Virus record (IMG/VR): IMGVR_UViG_3300045988_050886
Reading direction: 5' to 3' (one strand)
DNA: 19,592 nt
Source: a virus
Within the stretch, counting starts at the first letter, position 1; each line of letters begins with the position of its first letter. Of this stretch, positions 5,521 to 13,625 are shown piece by piece. The position numbers and the translations under genes were made by a program. A model generated the notes under the pieces. The model made no database searches. It was not told where the DNA came from and saw only the letters and a program-made list of their open reading frames with translations.

Positions 5521-5693
5521 ATGTCTTGTGAGCGTCGATTTTCGACTGGGAGCAACATGGGTCGGATTGCCACGGCTGAAAACGCCGCCGACCGTGAAAA
5601 TCACTATCGTGGCGGTAGTGCCCTACGATTTTCACTTCGCGCTCTGATAGGACAGTCAGACCTCCGCGTGATTGCGGAGGTCATTTTATTTTT
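5521..5693 (+). ncRNA. Candidate structured ~170-nt ncRNA (pRNA-like packaging RNA hypothesis)
   Basis: Bounded by the extended -10 (5508-5516) and an intrinsic terminator (5659-5693). A closing helix pairs 5523-5525/5530-5534 with 5640-5644/5651-5653. Hairpins lie at 5534-5546, 5560-5593 (GGTCGG/CCGACC with inner CGGC/GCCG) and 5594-5635 (9-bp GTGAAAATC/GATTTTCAC plus ACTA/TAGT). Internal-loop GCCA (5569-5572) is complementary to loop TGGC (5610-5613). ORF 5521..5709 has no RBS and runs through the terminator. Confidence 0.5.
5659..5693 (+). terminator. Intrinsic terminator (GACCTCCGC, loop GTGATT, GCGGAGGTC, then ATTTTATTTTT)
   Basis: 9-bp GC-rich perfect stem, 6-nt loop and a T-rich tail. 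Confidence 0.8.
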
Positions 5694-5701
5694 CCGCCGC
5701 A

Positions 5702-5710
5702 TGATATAAT
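5702..5710 (+). promoter_or_regulatory. Late-operon extended -10 element TGATATAAT
   Basis: Perfect TGnTATAAT directly after the terminator and 38 nt upstream of the scaffold ATG. Confidence 0.55.
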
Positions 5711-5747
5711 TTTAGTGGAAATATTGCCAATCGTAAGGAGCTTTTGC

Positions 5748-6035
5748 ATGGCAGACCCAAACAATGACGGCGAGGAAAACACCACTCCGCCGCCGACCGA
5801 AGAGGAACAGCAGACCGAAACCGTCGATGACGAAGTAAAACCGGAAGAACCGGAGCCGGAACCGGAGCCGAAGCAGGAGCCGGACGTTTCCACTCGACTT
5901 GACGCGATTGAAAAGGAATTGGCCGGACTGAAGGCCATGATGGACACGCTCGGATACAATGACCCCGCACCGTCCGACAATGACGGCGACGGAGACAATG
6001 ACAGCACCGAATCTATCGAAGATTTGTTCGACTAA
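5748..6035 (+). CDS. Head scaffolding protein (phi29 gp7-like), 95 aa, very acidic
   Basis: ATG 5748 lies 7 nt after AAGGAG. The track start at 5715 is a GTG without an RBS. It has a D/E/P-rich N-terminus (PEEPEPEPEP), a short helical core (LDAIEKELAGLKAMMD) and an acidic tail. It lies immediately upstream of the capsid gene. Confidence 0.7.
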   Translation: MADPNNDGEENTTPPPTEEEQQTETVDDEVKPEEPEPEPEPKQEPDVSTRLDAIEKELAGLKAMMDTLGYNDPAPSDNDGDGDNDSTESIEDLFD

Positions 6036-6056
6036 AATAGTTAGGAGATATATATA

Positions 6057-7772
6057 ATGTCCAATATTCGACCATTGGCGGGCAAAGGTGACGTTGAGAT
6101 CTTCAACGCCGTCCGCAACGCAACCAGCCCGCAGTTCCAGACCCGTATCCCATCCGCGACGCAGGGCAATATTAGGAACGCCGTGGACACCATGCGCAAT
6201 TTCCCCTACCTTCGTGACGAGTTCACCGGCGTGCTGATCCAGCGTCTCATTGGGCTCTATATCCAGCACGCGGATTGGGATGACCCGCTCAAGCTGATCG
6301 GCTCACCCCGCACCTTGAAGCGCTACGGCTCCACTTACGAGCAGGCCGCCGTTGGTCTCGTCAAGGCCCGCACCCGTAACTTCAATAAGGAATACTTGGG
6401 CGACGACGTTTACGGCCGCTACAGTCTCCCGACCGCGTCCGTATTCCACCCGCTCACGTTCGATCATTATTACCCCGTCACTATCCCCGAAGACGCCTTG
6501 TTGACCGCGTTCGACGGCGAAAGCGGCATGTCCGACTACATTTCTGAGATCATGAACGCGCCTATCCTCTCGGATAGGAACGATATGTATCTCATGAAGA
6601 CGCAGACCTTCGCGGAATACGCGCGCAAGGGCGGGTTCTACCGTGTGCATACCCCTGACGTTGGTAAGGCCGACTCTACCGAAGCGGACGCGAAGGGACT
6701 ACTGCGACTTATTCAACAGATGGCGAACGAATTGAAGGCGTCGCCAATGAGCGCCATGCCACGATATAACGCCATGTCCTGGGTGACTCCGTGGCGCGAT
6801 AGTGAAGCGATCCTCTTCGCCACTCCGCAGGTGATCGCCGCGCTCAATGTCGAAGCATTGGCCGCCGCGTTCAACATTGATAAAGTCAATGTTCCGTACC
6901 GTATCATCCCGATCCCCGAGGATATGTTCGGTATCGGCGGACAGGGCGGAAAGGTTCAGGCGGTGCTCACCACCGAAGACTTCTTCTTCTGCTGGGATGA
7001 AATGCTGGAAACCACCAATTCCCCCGTGAACCCGATTGACGGCACGCGCAACATTTTCTACAAGCATCGTGGAAGCATCACTCCGAACCCGTTCGCGAAC
7101 GCGATTCTGTTCTGGACGGGCGAAGGCTCCAACGAGTCCGTGACGTTGCCGGACACGCTCACCACCTCCACGCCGAAATTCGAATTGCGCGTGCAGAAGT
7201 ACGGTCAGTCCGCCATCACTCCGCAGAACGTGCTCCGTGGCGATCTCGTCCAGGTGATGTCCACCATTACGAGCGCCAACAAGGAAACGGCGACGTTCCA
7301 GCCGACAGGCATCAAGTACACGCTTGAGGGCGCCACCTCCCAGTTCACGACCATTGACAATGACGGGATCCTGCGTTGCGGTTTGGATGAAACCGCCGAA
7401 ACGCTTAAGGTCACCGCTCAGGCAACCTACATCAATCCGGCCACGCCTGAAATCGACCAGACGGTTTCCGCCGCACTATCCGTGCCCGTGGTCGGAGGAT
7501 GGTTGGGCGGCTGGAAGACGGGCGCCATCGAGTCCGTTAAGATTCAGGGCGAAAAGTCGGTCAAAGTGAATGGCAATGTGGCTCTTAAGGCGATCGCCAC
7601 CAAGACGGACGGCAACACCGCGGACGTGACCAATCTCGCCACGTGGACGGTGGACGCCCACGCGACCATCACCCCCAACGGAGTGCTGACCGGAACCGTA
7701 GCGGGCGCCGTCAACGTCACTGTGAGGTTTGCGGGAGCTGTCGGAACGGTAAAGGTCACCGTCACCGAATAG
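6057..7772 (+). CDS. Major capsid protein with C-terminal Ig-like (Big_2-type) domain(s), 571 aa
   Basis: RBS AGGAGA. It follows the scaffold gene as in phi29 (gene 7 then gene 8). The C-terminus (KSVKVNGNVALKAIATKTDGNTADVTNLATWTVDAHATITPNGVLTGTVAGAVNVTVRFAG) is a typical Big_2 pattern, and a second beta-rich repeat lies upstream. A strong terminator follows. Confidence 0.8.
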   Translation: MSNIRPLAGKGDVEIFNAVRNATSPQFQTRIPSATQGNIRNAVDTMRNFPYLRDEFTGVLIQRLIGLYIQHADWDDPLKLIGSPRTLKRYGSTYEQAAVGLVKARTRNFNKEYLGDDVYGRYSLPTASVFHPLTFDHYYPVTIPEDALLTAFDGESGMSDYISEIMNAPILSDRNDMYLMKTQTFAEYARKGGFYRVHTPDVGKADSTEADAKGLLRLIQQMANELKASPMSAMPRYNAMSWVTPWRDSEAILFATPQVIAALNVEALAAAFNIDKVNVPYRIIPIPEDMFGIGGQGGKVQAVLTTEDFFFCWDEMLETTNSPVNPIDGTRNIFYKHRGSITPNPFANAILFWTGEGSNESVTLPDTLTTSTPKFELRVQKYGQSAITPQNVLRGDLVQVMSTITSANKETATFQPTGIKYTLEGATSQFTTIDNDGILRCGLDETAETLKVTAQATYINPATPEIDQTVSAALSVPVVGGWLGGWKTGAIESVKIQGEKSVKVNGNVALKAIATKTDGNTADVTNLATWTVDAHATITPNGVLTGTVAGAVNVTVRFAGAVGTVKVTVTE

Positions 7773-7792
7773 CGATGATAACCAGCCGCTAA

Positions 7793-7831
7793 AATAGGTG
7801 TGGATAGACTTTATCCACACCTATTATTTTT
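7793..7831 (+). terminator. Intrinsic terminator after the capsid gene
   Basis: 14-bp perfect stem AATAGGTGTGGATA/TATCCACACCTATT, 5-nt loop, then ATTTTT. The next RBS (GGAGGA) follows immediately. Confidence 0.8.
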
Positions 7832-7840
7832 GGAGGACTT

Positions 7841-10081
7841 ATGAGCGCGAACGATTTGCCCATCAATTTCAGTTATGCGAAATGGACACCGAACACACGG
7901 TTCAAGCTCTGTAACGTGCCGTGGGACATGGGCTACAGGGATATAGTCAGATGGAGCGAGCAAGCTCAAAGAGATTATTTCGACCGATTGGACGGTATCG
8001 AGTTCACCGACTGCACTATGGCGAAATATGGGTTGCCGGTACGATTGCCCGTGCCGTTCGCCCAAGCGTGCCAATATAATTATCTGATCGCGACGAACGA
8101 TTACGATTTCGACACTCCCCGTAGTTGGTATTATTTCATCCAGACATGCGATTACGTGAACGCCAACACCACACAGTTAAACATCCAGCTTGACGTGTGG
8201 CAGTCATTCCAGCATGATATTCAATTGGGCAACGCCTATGTCGAGCGCGGCCACGTGGGGATTGCGAACGAGAACGCCTGGAAAGACTATGGAAAAACGT
8301 ATTTGGATCTCCCCGAAGGACTCGATACCGGCAAATGCACCGTACTCACGAATGAGTTATGGAAACCACTCATGGATATTGGCACTCATGATGGCGTGAA
8401 ATATACATCCTACGGGCTGATCATCGTAAGCACCACCGATCTGGAGGCCGATACGGGCACCAAGGATGCTCCGGTGGTCAACACGGCAACGGGTAGCGCG
8501 TTCGAGAGTCAGCTTAATGGTACATCCATGTATTATTTGGATACGCCCGCCGATATTGTCACATTCTTCACCGAAGGCATGACGGCGCCGTGGGTCACGC
8601 AAGGCATTTGCGGCATCTATGCCGTACCGCATTTGCCGCAAGCGTTGTTGGACGGACAGCCGAAAAAGACGGAACTTTTCGGACATTCCGTCGGTTTTAT
8701 TGGTAACTGTTGGGAACTACGCAAGAGAAACGACAATAGCAACGCCCGCTACACGGACATTATCAATCTCAAAAATTTCCGCGATACTTTCCAGGTGCCG
8801 GAACGCTACAAGTATCTGAAAAAGTTCCTTACAGCCCCCTATGCTTATATCGAATGCTCGTGCCTGAATGGTACCGTGATCACGTATGAGCCTGAGCAGA
8901 TTCCGTCCGCTGACCTGATTATTCGAGAATCATGGAATTACGCGCCACCGTCTCCGCGCCTGAATTTCTACGCGCGCGGATATCATGCGGGGACCCTGGG
9001 CGAACGTCAACCATTGACGGACGGCAAAGGGTTGCCGATCGATACGGGCGAAATGCTCAACGCGTCGTTCGGCATCACCAATTTCCCCACCTTCATGGCT
9101 GTCAACAACGGCAGTGCTTTGGCGCTTGCGAACAGCGCCTACACTAGGCAATACGCACAGCAGAGCGCGGATTGGAGTTTCCAGAAAACCCAGATGGGCA
9201 TCAACAACGCATATGCTCAAGCCCAGCTCGGCACACAGTATGCAAGCGCCCAAAACCGTCTTGGAACGTCGAACCGCAACGCCATGAACGCGATCAGCAA
9301 CCAGGCCGCGCAGATGGGCACCGATCTGACGTTGAAGAATCTCGGATTCAACAATCAGATGGCGCAGATCAACACCATCGGATCGGGTGTCGCCAACGCG
9401 GTCGGTTCCGCAGTCACCGGCAATACTGGCGGTGTGGCCGGAGCCATCGCAGGCACCGCGATCGGCGCGTGGACAAACCAAATGACTTACGACAACAACG
9501 TGTCAAGCACGAACCAGCAATTGGCGAACACGCAGACCACCAACAACGCAAGCACCTCACAGGCCAACGCCTACAGTCTCGCACAAACCAACTTGAGCAA
9601 TCAACAGACCATGCAGCTCGCGGACATGAACAAACAATTGGCGCAGGCCACCGCGCAAGGCGATTACGAGAACACCATCGCCGGCATCAACGCCCAAGTA
9701 CAACAGACCCAAACCGTACCTCCAACCACGTCCGGCGCATTAGGCGGTGACGCGTTCAATCTTGCGAACGGTTTGATTGGCGTCCTGGTACGGTTCCGGC
9801 AGATTCCCCCAGCCGCCATGCAAGCCATTGGCGAAGTATGGCTACGATACGGCTATTACGTGCAAAGGTTTATGAAACTCCCGGCAAACCTTATGGCCAT
9901 GAGTAATTTCACGTACTGGAAACTCCACGAACTCTATGTCCGCTCAAGTACCTGCCCGGAGGAATACCGGCTTACAGTGAAGGGCATTTTTGAATCGGGC
10001 GTGACGGTATGGACCGACCCCGACAAAATCGGCGTCACCGACTACGCGGACAATACGCCATTACCTGGTATCGCATACTAG
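7841..10081 (+). CDS. Tail knob / distal tail tube protein (phi29 gp9-like), 746 aa
   Basis: The N-terminal blocks NVPWDMGYRDIVRW, WYYFIQT and LDVWQSFQHDIQLGNAYVERGHV, and the C-terminal blocks VPPTTSGALGGDAFNLANG, LRYGYYVQRF and GIFESGVTVWTDPDKIG, are collinear with my recollection of phi29 gp9. It also has an internal Gly/Ala-rich hydrophobic loop. Confidence 0.85.
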   Translation: MSANDLPINFSYAKWTPNTRFKLCNVPWDMGYRDIVRWSEQAQRDYFDRLDGIEFTDCTMAKYGLPVRLPVPFAQACQYNYLIATNDYDFDTPRSWYYFIQTCDYVNANTTQLNIQLDVWQSFQHDIQLGNAYVERGHVGIANENAWKDYGKTYLDLPEGLDTGKCTVLTNELWKPLMDIGTHDGVKYTSYGLIIVSTTDLEADTGTKDAPVVNTATGSAFESQLNGTSMYYLDTPADIVTFFTEGMTAPWVTQGICGIYAVPHLPQALLDGQPKKTELFGHSVGFIGNCWELRKRNDNSNARYTDIINLKNFRDTFQVPERYKYLKKFLTAPYAYIECSCLNGTVITYEPEQIPSADLIIRESWNYAPPSPRLNFYARGYHAGTLGERQPLTDGKGLPIDTGEMLNASFGITNFPTFMAVNNGSALALANSAYTRQYAQQSADWSFQKTQMGINNAYAQAQLGTQYASAQNRLGTSNRNAMNAISNQAAQMGTDLTLKNLGFNNQMAQINTIGSGVANAVGSAVTGNTGGVAGAIAGTAIGAWTNQMTYDNNVSSTNQQLANTQTTNNASTSQANAYSLAQTNLSNQQTMQLADMNKQLAQATAQGDYENTIAGINAQVQQTQTVPPTTSGALGGDAFNLANGLIGVLVRFRQIPPAAMQAIGEVWLRYGYYVQRFMKLPANLMAMSNFTYWKLHELYVRSSTCPEEYRLTVKGIFESGVTVWTDPDKIGVTDYADNTPLPGIAY

Positions 10082-10085
10082 ATAT

Positions 10086-10115
10086 AATGGAGGGAGCGTA
10101 AAACCTCTCTCCATT
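10086..10115 (+). terminator. Hairpin (11-bp stem with one G-U pair) after the tail-knob gene
   Basis: AATGGAGGGAG pairs with CTCTCTCCATT around an 8-nt loop, followed by ATTTAT. The U-tract is weak. Confidence 0.4.
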
Positions 10116-10137
10116 ATTTATAGTAAGGACGGTGACC

Positions 10138-11076
10138 ATGAGCAAACGCAATAACGCGCGCAAGGCCGCTCACTGGGACAATCAGAGCGTGCTCGGCTCC
10201 ATGTGGGGCAATTTGAACCTACCTGAAATGCGGCAAAGTCTCCGCATTAACCAGTATATGAAGCTTATCGAAATGCTGGCAGTGAGCCGGTTCAAATGGA
10301 TCAACCTACCCCCGTACATTGATGAAAGATACTTGGAACTGACTCTATTCGAGAACGGGTTGGCCCTCTTCTTCCCCGACAAACGCAAGGGAGTGCATCG
10401 TTTCATGGTCACGTCGGGTAATATCGGCGGAGTCAACAATTATAATAATCCGACGTCGTTCCAGCCGGTTGCCACGAATTACTCGCACCCGCAGGTCGGC
10501 TCGAAGGAATGCGTGCCCATTTGGGATAACCAGCTCAGATGCACCATGATTGACGTCATGTGGAATTATGCCACGCGATTGGCGATTGCCGACCGCGCGC
10601 TCGACGTCAACCTCGACAATATTTCAGTGCCGTTGATCATCGCCACTTCAGAAACCAACAAGCTCACCGCCCAAAACCTAGTGAAGGCGCGTGAGGACGG
10701 CGACCCGTATATTTATACGTACGACTCGGCGGATATCACCGGCATGTTCCAGACGTTCCCCAACGTCACCCCGTTTTTGGCGGATAAGATCATCACCACG
10801 AAAACGCAGATCTGGAACGAACTCGTGAACTATCTTGGTATCGACAACAGCACCACGGAGAAGAAGGAACGGTTGCTTGAGTCGGAAGTCACGGCTGGAA
10901 ACTCACGTACGAACGTGTTCCGCCTGAGCTACTTGAAGGCGCGTCAGCAGGCGTGCGACACGATCAACCGGTTGTGGCCGCAAATGGCCGACTCCGGGAA
11001 ACCTATCGGCATCGAATGGAACGACACCACTTCAGGCGGACTCCTGGACGTTGACGGAAACAAGGAAGAGGAATAA
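10138..11076 (+). CDS. Head-tail connector / portal (phi29 gp10-like, upper collar), 312 aa
   Basis: ATG 10138 lies 8 nt after AAGGA. FKWINLPPYIDERYLE, WNELVNYLGIDNSTTEKKERLLESEV and YLKARQQACDTINRLW match conserved blocks of phi29 gp10 as I recall them. The N-terminus is basic (MSKRNNARK). Confidence 0.9.
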   Translation: MSKRNNARKAAHWDNQSVLGSMWGNLNLPEMRQSLRINQYMKLIEMLAVSRFKWINLPPYIDERYLELTLFENGLALFFPDKRKGVHRFMVTSGNIGGVNNYNNPTSFQPVATNYSHPQVGSKECVPIWDNQLRCTMIDVMWNYATRLAIADRALDVNLDNISVPLIIATSETNKLTAQNLVKAREDGDPYIYTYDSADITGMFQTFPNVTPFLADKIITTKTQIWNELVNYLGIDNSTTEKKERLLESEVTAGNSRTNVFRLSYLKARQQACDTINRLWPQMADSGKPIGIEWNDTTSGGLLDVDGNKEEE

Positions 11077-11089
11077 TAGGGCTTTCAAC

Positions 11090-11869
11090 ATGGGCATCAG
11101 ACAGCAGACGATTGACGATTACGGCGCGTTCGTGGAGAAATTCAAACCGAAGAAGACCACGGACGACTGCTACACCCCCACAGAAGTGTATGAGACGATA
11201 AAGGACTGGGCATGCCGTGAGTTTGGCATCGACCCCAGCAAGGTGGTGCGCCCGTTCTATCCGGGCGGCGACTACGAGCGGTTCGACTATTCGGACGGTG
11301 CGGTGGTTGTGGATAATCCGCCGTTCAGCATCCTGGCGAAGATATGCGCGTTCTACCGTGACAACCATATTCCGTTCTTCCTGTTCGCGCCGTATCTCAC
11401 AATCTTCTCCAGCACGTCACGCAACGGCGCACATATGCTGGTCACTGGTTGCGATATCGAATACGCAAACGGCGCTATCGTCAAAACAAGCTTCGTGACG
11501 AGTTTCGGTGATGACCTGATTCGCACCGCGCCGGACTTGGCCAACGCGATCGACGAGACCGTGAAGCGCGTCAGGAAAAAGCAACGCAGGCATCCGCCGA
11601 AATACTCGTATCCGCGTGAACTGCTTACCGTGAGCAGGCTCGGGAAGATTAGCAAGCAGGTCGAGTTCCGTGTCAAGGCTTCGGACGTGGCGTTCGTGCA
11701 TAGGCTCGCTTCGCAGAAGGCCGTGAAGAAGGGCATCTTCGGCGGCGGCTATCTGATGAGCGAAGCTAAGGCCGCGGAACTGAAGGCCGCGGAACTGAAG
11801 GCCGCGGAGGATGTGACGGTATGGCCGCTCAGCGAAAACGAGAAGCGGATCATCGAAAACCTCGCATGA
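11090..11869 (+). CDS. DNA N6-adenine methyltransferase (phage Dam-like, NPPF motif), about 259 aa
   Basis: The catalytic motif VVVDNPPFS and the upstream DDCYTPTEVYE follow the pattern of phage Dam-type N6-adenine methyltransferases. The start is uncertain: ATG 11090, or in-frame TTG 11051 overlapping the portal gene. The C-terminus carries the tandem KAAEL repeat. Confidence 0.6.
   Translation: MGIRQQTIDDYGAFVEKFKPKKTTDDCYTPTEVYETIKDWACREFGIDPSKVVRPFYPGGDYERFDYSDGAVVVDNPPFSILAKICAFYRDNHIPFFLFAPYLTIFSSTSRNGAHMLVTGCDIEYANGAIVKTSFVTSFGDDLIRTAPDLANAIDETVKRVRKKQRRHPPKYSYPRELLTVSRLGKISKQVEFRVKASDVAFVHRLASQKAVKKGIFGGGYLMSEAKAAELKAAELKAAEDVTVWPLSENEKRIIENLA
11768..11808 (+). repeat. 15-bp tandem repeat AAGGCCGCGGAACTG, about 2.7 copies, inside the methyltransferase gene
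   Basis: Exact copies at 11768-11782 and 11783-11797, and a partial copy at 11798-11808. It encodes KAAELKAAELKAAE. Confidence 0.9.
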
Positions 11870-11884
11870 AAAATTCACGCACTC

Positions 11885-11914
11885 GGAGCCATCCTAGTAA
11901 AATAGGGTGGCTCT
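11885..11914 (+). terminator. Hairpin downstream of the methyltransferase (10-bp stem, two G-U pairs)
   Basis: GGAGCCATCC pairs with GGGTGGCTCT around a 10-nt loop. No U-tract follows, so terminator function is uncertain. Confidence 0.3.
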
Positions 11915-11976
11915 AGCATTACAATGACCTTTATGAAGATTCCAGACGATTATGCTAGCCTTAAAGAGGAGGAATA

Positions 11977-12789
11977 ATGGTGCAAGATTTGAGCATATAC
12001 GCCATCAAAGACAGTATGGCGGATTACACGTTGACGCTTGGTAATCTGATCGACAGAGGGTTTAATACGGATGAAAAACTGCATTTGAGTTCGCAATATT
12101 ATCCGATTTTCGACGAAAACTATAGGGCGAAATTGAACGATAAAATCGTGGCACACTACGCATTGCGTGAAATCGGTTCGGAAACGCCGCAAATGTTCGT
12201 CTTTTATTTGGGGCGTACCATGCGGGAGCAGATGGACTATTTCAACCAGCTCTATCTGTCCGCGCAACGCAAGTTCGATCCGTTCATCACGTCCGACATT
12301 CGACAGGAAATGGACTCGACCAGTACGAACGAGTCGAGCGGCAAATCTACAGGGGAACAGTCCAATACATCCACCGCCAACAGCACGTCCGACACCACCG
12401 CCGACAATTCCAGCATGACGTTCAACAGCGAGTTCCCGCAGACCCGTATCGACGATTTTCGCAAGTACGCCACCACCGCAAGTCAGACGGACTCGACCGG
12501 CAACACGCATACGGCAACCCAGCAGGACAGTACGGCCACCGCGTCCAGTACCAGTAACACGGATTACGCGCACTCGTCGGACAAGGGCAATTCCACGTCG
12601 CATACGCTCGGCACCAGCGGATCCCAGTCCCAGCTCCTGCAGGACTGGCGCAACACCATGCTCAATATTGACATGATGGTAATCAACTCGCTCGAAGACC
12701 TCTTTTTAGGTATGTGGGGCAGTGGCGACAACATGACCAACGTGCCGCAACTGTACAGCACCTCGTTGGCCTACAATCTCGGCCATTAG
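11977..12789 (+). CDS. Lower collar protein (phi29 gp11-like), 270 aa, with central Ser/Thr-rich segment
   Basis: Strong RBS AGAGGAGG. The N-terminal block YPIFDENYRAKLNDKIVAHYALREIGSETPQMF...MDYFNQLY fits the lower-collar family pattern as I remember it. Its position after the connector matches phi29 order. Confidence 0.7.
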   Translation: MVQDLSIYAIKDSMADYTLTLGNLIDRGFNTDEKLHLSSQYYPIFDENYRAKLNDKIVAHYALREIGSETPQMFVFYLGRTMREQMDYFNQLYLSAQRKFDPFITSDIRQEMDSTSTNESSGKSTGEQSNTSTANSTSDTTADNSSMTFNSEFPQTRIDDFRKYATTASQTDSTGNTHTATQQDSTATASSTSNTDYAHSSDKGNSTSHTLGTSGSQSQLLQDWRNTMLNIDMMVINSLEDLFLGMWGSGDNMTNVPQLYSTSLAYNLGH

Positions 12790-12822
12790 AGTATACTTGA
12801 CTTGAGACAGATTGGAGGATAT

Positions 12823-13455
12823 ATGGACGGAATCAACACGTGCGCCGCCCCCTTGGATATCGACCCGCGGCAACGGTATTTCACCACCGTGCAACCGTTC
12901 TCATACCGAGACACGTTGACCGTATTAGGATACGTGCAGAAGGTGGCCGACCATCTCGACCAGCTCAGGGAACAGCTTGATAATCTCGCCAAAGACGAGA
13001 ACGCGGACGTCGAAGCCATCAAACAGCTGATAGCCGGTTTCAACGAGCAATTCGAGCACATCAATGAAACCCTGGACGACTTGGAAAGGCAGGTCGGACA
13101 ATATGAAGACTCCGATTTGACCTATAATCCGACGCGTGGAAAGTACGAAGACTCGAAAAACACGAACCGTGACATGTACCGCGAACTGGCAGTATTCGGC
13201 GCGCGGGTTAATCAGATGGCTACCGTAACCACGGCTCAGGCGGCACAGCATGACTGCATCACTTGGGCGGTGTTAGGCAACCGTGAGATTTTCGGCAACG
13301 AAGAACCGCGGGTAACGCCCCGACCTCAGAATCAGCCGCCGACACCGCCACCGACACCGAAATCACCGGAAAAAGGATATATCCCAGTCGACAGGGCCAC
13401 ATCACCGGGGACCCAAGAGACATATTTCATCGTCCACGAAAAGAAGGGGGAATGA
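12823..13455 (+). CDS. Tail-associated structural protein, coiled-coil centre and Pro/Thr-rich linker, 210 aa
   Basis: ATG 12823 follows GGAGGA (12814-12819), though the spacing is short. It has a heptad-like acidic segment (DHLDQLREQLDNLAKDENADVEAIKQL) and PPTPPPTPKSPEK. Function unknown. Confidence 0.55.
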   Translation: MDGINTCAAPLDIDPRQRYFTTVQPFSYRDTLTVLGYVQKVADHLDQLREQLDNLAKDENADVEAIKQLIAGFNEQFEHINETLDDLERQVGQYEDSDLTYNPTRGKYEDSKNTNRDMYRELAVFGARVNQMATVTTAQAAQHDCITWAVLGNREIFGNEEPRVTPRPQNQPPTPPPTPKSPEKGYIPVDRATSPGTQETYFIVHEKKGE

Positions 13456-13625
13456 TGGACATCAAAAAAACGATAAGCTCGACAACCGTTAAGGGGTCGA
13501 AAGATTCCGAAGGCCGCGACTTCAGAACCCAGCTTAATATCGCGCTCTATGAAGTATGCTCTCAAGCGGGTTTCGACGTGCACAAGGATGCGGACAACAA
13601 GAACGTGACGGCGACACTACCTTGA
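13452..13625 (+). CDS. Small hypothetical protein, 57 aa (below the ORF-track cutoff)
   Basis: Hand translation: MMDIKKTISSTTVKGSKDSEGRDFRTQLNIALYEVCSQAGFDVHKDADNKNVTATLP. RBS AAGAAGGGGG. The ATG overlaps the upstream stop (ATGA). Confidence 0.5.
   Translation: MMDIKKTISSTTVKGSKDSEGRDFRTQLNIALYEVCSQAGFDVHKDADNKNVTATLP

Noticed and set aside
5521-5709. 62-aa ORF between the polymerase and scaffold genes
   Set aside because: It has no RBS, the peptide looks arbitrary, and the frame runs through an intrinsic terminator and the next promoter. The region is better explained as a structured ncRNA.
5846-5880. Short GAACCGGAGCCG-type repeats (PEEPEPEPEP) in the scaffold gene, and Ser/Thr-rich (12300-12620) and Pro/Thr-rich (13320-13375) tracts
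   Set aside because: These are in-frame low-complexity linkers within well-supported genes. They are not independent repeat elements.
9172-9750. 192-aa + strand alternative-frame ORF (Arg/His/Gln-rich) inside the tail-knob gene; similar cases at 3224..3493, 4440..4826, 4981..5412 and 14136..14441
   Set aside because: These are off-frame readings of repetitive or low-complexity coding sequence. The annotated frames carry the conserved phi29-like blocks.
10083-10088. TATAAT hexamer just after the tail-knob stop
   Set aside because: It has no TG extension or -35 match, and it overlaps the 5' arm of hairpin 10086-10115. This is insufficient to call a promoter.
11051-11089. TTG start at 11051 for the methyltransferase, overlapping the connector gene by 26 nt
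   Set aside because: It is not excluded, but neither start has a good RBS. The ATG at 11090 avoids the overlap and was used for the feature. The N-terminus remains uncertain.
12791-12800. GTATACTTGA shared with 16709-16718, and TATACT in the loop of hairpin 15464-15501, as a possible phage-specific late promoter motif
   Set aside because: There are only two or three short occurrences, and only the 16707 copy has the TG extension. It cannot be distinguished from chance without a genome-wide motif search or comparison with relatives.
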